A DNA stretch of 17,230 nt from contig JAGVWJ010000026.1 in the NCBI GenBank assembly GCA_018304385.1, forward strand, positions 1-17,230, read 5' to 3'. Below, piece by piece: positions 14,785-17,230 of this stretch (position 1 is its first letter; the number at the start of each line of letters is the position of its first letter). Source of the DNA: Candidatus Micrarchaeota archaeon (GTDB taxonomy: Archaea > Micrarchaeota > Micrarchaeia > Anstonellales > Bilamarchaeaceae). The translations under genes were made by a program, and so were the position numbers. The notes below the pieces were generated by a model. It was given only the letters and a program-made list of their open reading frames with translations. It was not told the DNA's origin and made no database searches.

Positions 14785-14812
14785 AATGGGCAGTCAGCCA
14801 TGAGCAGTGAGC
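14785..14812. repeat. Degenerate heptamer tandem array (4 units)
   Basis: AATGGGC AGTCAGC CATGAGC AGTGAGC, just after the thyX stop. Confidence 0.6.
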
Positions 14813-14848
14813 TATAACGTTTAAAAATTATAATGCTGAGTGTTATTT

Positions 14849-15277
14849 ATGAGCGATACAAATTTAATAGAGACTATACTTCGTGAAAAGTATGGTGACT
14901 TAGGCGTGCGCATTTATGGTCTAATAGATGGTCAACGCAATACAGAGCAAATTATGAATACAGTAGGTCTACCAGAATCAAAACTTTTAGATGTCCTATC
15001 ATTTATGGAGGCAAGGGGCATAATAAAAATGAGATATCCTCAGCAGCAGTCGCATACAATTACCGTTACTCTTCCAAATGCATTGAAGGAAAGAATGCAG
15101 AGGCATAATTTGAATTGGGATAAAACAGTTACAAAACTCATATCTCTATATTTGGATGGGTTGGAAAAGGCAAAGAGCGGGCTTAAATCTAAAAAATCAA
15201 AGAAAAAGAAGGCAACAACTAAAAAGAAAACAAAAGTTAAAAAATCAAAAGCTAGCAAGAAATCAAAGAAAAGATAA
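14849..15277 (+). CDS. Putative DNA-binding protein: wHTH-like domain, RHH-like domain and Lys-rich tail
   Basis: N-terminal LIDGQRNTEQIMNTVGLPESKLLDVLSFMEARGII (wHTH pattern), TITVTLPNALKERM...NWDKTVTKLI (ribbon-helix-helix pattern), and a tail with KSKKSKKKKATTKKKTKVKKSK. ATG 14849 preferred over GTG 14840. Confidence 0.6.
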   Translation: MSDTNLIETILREKYGDLGVRIYGLIDGQRNTEQIMNTVGLPESKLLDVLSFMEARGIIKMRYPQQQSHTITVTLPNALKERMQRHNLNWDKTVTKLISLYLDGLEKAKSGLKSKKSKKKKATTKKKTKVKKSKASKKSKKR

Positions 15278-15280
15278 ATA

Positions 15281-17068
15281 TTACTTTGGCGTTGTTTCTG
15301 GTGCTTTTGGTTTTTCATTTCCTTTTCTACTTTTTAAATATAAAATTATTAGTATAATTACTATAAGAACAGCTACGCCGATCAACACCATATTCTGATC
15401 TATCCCAGTCTGTTGTTTTTTCGTTTCAATTTCTTTTGCTTGTATTGCTAGTTTTTTTGCTTCATCTGCTAATGATGCTGCTTTCTCATAATTATCATTA
15501 TCAAAAGCCGCTTGTGCTTGCACAAACTTTACCTTTGCGTCATCTACATTTTTATTCGCTTGGCTTGCAATTGTTATAGCTTCATTAGCCTCCTTTATAC
15601 GATCTTCAGCAAGTATCTTTATTGCTTCTTCTATTGGCGGTGTTGGTGGCGGAGTAGGCTGAGGCTTAGGCTTTGATTCTTTCGTTATACATCTTCCTTC
15701 TTGGCATATTTGATCAGTACCGCAAGTTATAGTTGTCCCTTTACCTAATGCGCTCTCGCAATAATATTCGACTAATGTTGTTTCAGATAAGCACTCATCA
15801 TTTTGTATTGTTATTAAATCTTCGACCCCATATTCAACAGTTCCTTTTTTGCTTGTCTCTATTCCACCATCTGTATCGCTGCAATATTGCGGAGTTGTTG
15901 CTTCTGGCCCGCTAATACATTTTCCATCGCTACATATCTGCCCTGTAGAACAATCACGCTCTAAAGCAATACGATTATCCCCATCACAAATATACTCACG
16001 AACAGTATTGCTATCTATACATCCATCCTGTTCATCATTTCCACTGGTTTCAACCAGTGTTGCAGCATTTCTCGTTCCTGATCTTGTAGTTCCTCTTATT
16101 GATAAACCGTCACCATCATTATCAGTGCAAAATTCAATATCTCCAGCCGGAATGCACTTAGTTCCTGCGCAATTATATCCTGCAGGGCAAGCAATAGTTG
16201 TATTTATTACTGTGCTACCAGAGCAACTAAACTCCCTTACAGTATTAGAATCAACACAGGAATCAGTATATGTAGCAGTTATCCTGCTAACACCTTCTTT
16301 TTGTCTTTTCATAGTTATTGTTCCAGTTGTGGTTGTATCTGCGCCATCACTATCTGTGCATACAATATCTCCAACAACACAGCGGCCATTAGCACAAACC
16401 GAAAGCGAGCTACAATTTATGTTTTGGCTAGAAAGCGTTTCATTCGCTAAACAGGTTCGTTCTTTAACTGCGCTTGCATTTAAACAAACATCAGCAATTG
16501 TCCTTGTTTCAGGGTCAGCACCAGATTGTGCTATACTATAAAATATTATATTTCCTCTAACATCTTCAGGTACTATTTTTTTAGCAGTTACAGAACTAGC
16601 AATAGTTTGCGGTAAGGGTAAGCCTGTTGCATCTGGATCATTACAATAATATGTTTCAGGCGGTATAGTTAGCTTTATAGTAACATTTCTTGAGCTTGGG
16701 GTTGCTAGCCCAGAACAAAACTCTCCATAATATCCATCTATGTCCGATACTTCCATGTTTATTGGTATTGGTACATTTGTATCTGCGTCCTTAACACTAA
16801 ACCCAACATCCTCAAATCTACTTAGGTTAGACGTCGTAGTTCCAAGCCCAATTCCTGTTGGGTGGCTGATAAGTGCATACGAGCTAGAGCTTGTTTTGCA
16901 TAAACCACCAGTAAATGATGCACGTGCATAGATATCTATTATTTTTACTGCCATATCTTCTATATCAAATGTACCACCTACTCTGAGTGGTCCAATATAA
17001 AAAGTTCCAGGTGCGATACCTGCAAATAAAATAGATGAAAGAAGCAGGATTAGAACAATAATTCGCAT
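15281..17068 (-). CDS. Membrane-anchored Cys-rich surface protein
   Basis: N-terminal signal peptide, four 6-Cys repeats, Pro-rich linker, Ala/Glu/Lys helical segment, and a C-terminal TM followed by a basic tail. Confidence 0.85.
   Translation of the reverse strand: MRIIVLILLLSSILFAGIAPGTFYIGPLRVGGTFDIEDMAVKIIDIYARASFTGGLCKTSSSSYALISHPTGIGLGTTTSNLSRFEDVGFSVKDADTNVPIPINMEVSDIDGYYGEFCSGLATPSSRNVTIKLTIPPETYYCNDPDATGLPLPQTIASSVTAKKIVPEDVRGNIIFYSIAQSGADPETRTIADVCLNASAVKERTCLANETLSSQNINCSSLSVCANGRCVVGDIVCTDSDGADTTTTGTITMKRQKEGVSRITATYTDSCVDSNTVREFSCSGSTVINTTIACPAGYNCAGTKCIPAGDIEFCTDNDGDGLSIRGTTRSGTRNAATLVETSGNDEQDGCIDSNTVREYICDGDNRIALERDCSTGQICSDGKCISGPEATTPQYCSDTDGGIETSKKGTVEYGVEDLITIQNDECLSETTLVEYYCESALGKGTTITCGTDQICQEGRCITKESKPKPQPTPPPTPPIEEAIKILAEDRIKEANEAITIASQANKNVDDAKVKFVQAQAAFDNDNYEKAASLADEAKKLAIQAKEIETKKQQTGIDQNMVLIGVAVLIVIILIILYLKSRKGNEKPKAPETTPK
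15689..16645 (-). repeat. Four CxDxD(G/A) six-cysteine protein repeats
   Basis: Repeats begin CNDPDA (aa142), CTDSDG (237), CTDNDG (314) and CSDTDG (396). Each continues DxC...ExxC...C...C and ends CxxGxC or CxGxxC. Confidence 0.85.
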
Positions 17069-17098
17069 ATCTAGCTTTCGAAAGAAATAGTTAAAAAA

Positions 17099-17230
17099 CT
17101 ACGTAATTGCCTCGCTTAGCATATATATACTCCCGCAGATTAGAATCATATCTTTTTTTCCTGCAAGTTTTTTCGCATACTTAATACTTTTCTTAGCATC
17201 TTTAATTGCAATTGCTTTTGTATATTTATT
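17099..17230 (-). CDS. folC: Folylpolyglutamate/dihydrofolate synthase, C-terminal end (5'-truncated by window edge)
   Basis: Not in the ORF track. Reads NKYTKAIAIKDAKKSIKYAKKLAGKKDMILICGSIYMLSEAIT-stop (TAG 17101-17099). ICGSIYMLSE matches the FolC C-terminal vxGSLYlvge motif. Confidence 0.75.
   Translation of the reverse strand, partial: NKYTKAIAIKDAKKSIKYAKKLAGKKDMILICGSIYMLSEAIT

Noticed and set aside
9580-14820. CRISPR array or mobile-element interpretation of the short repeats
   Set aside because: Units are 7 bp and contiguous, with no spacers. No cas, transposase or integrase gene, terminal inverted repeats or tRNA 3' duplication was seen in the window.
15849-16541. 230-aa plus-strand ORF
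   Set aside because: Antisense shadow of the Cys-rich surface gene, with no motifs of its own.
46-16931. Remaining short ORFs in the track (e.g. 46-306, 660-1052, 1344-1646, 2081-2452, 4782-5204, 15040-15318, 16740-16931)
   Set aside because: All overlap better-supported genes on the opposite strand or in another frame and have no recognisable features.

Overview
AT-rich archaeal chromosomal window. A DPANN lineage, probably Micrarchaeota-like, is inferred from the archaeal GGGP synthase, TATA boxes ~25-30 nt upstream of start codons, CxDxDG Cys-rich surface repeats and a multi-intron tRNA. Housekeeping or metabolic genes are a Ca2+/H+ antiporter, GGGP synthase, pyrE, a SerK-like serine kinase, a two-domain thyX and the 3' end of folC. 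The strongest find is absent from the ORF track: a tRNA-Gly(GCC) at 9301-9579 with two non-canonical introns (148 nt in the D-loop, 60 nt in the T-loop) whose exons join into a complete 71-nt cloverleaf. Two unexplained structured non-coding elements lie at 9138-9240 and 4857-4995. A bacterial-type membrane Ser/Thr kinase with a PEGA-like domain has lost catalytic subdomains VIII-IX through a deletion and frameshift. There is also a candidate signalling module (two paralogous 3-TM proteins, a degenerate KaiC-like protein and a KaiC-like ATPase) and three intergenic 7-bp periodic arrays. No CRISPR array, rRNA or transposase was seen. All family assignments come from motif recognition, not database searches.
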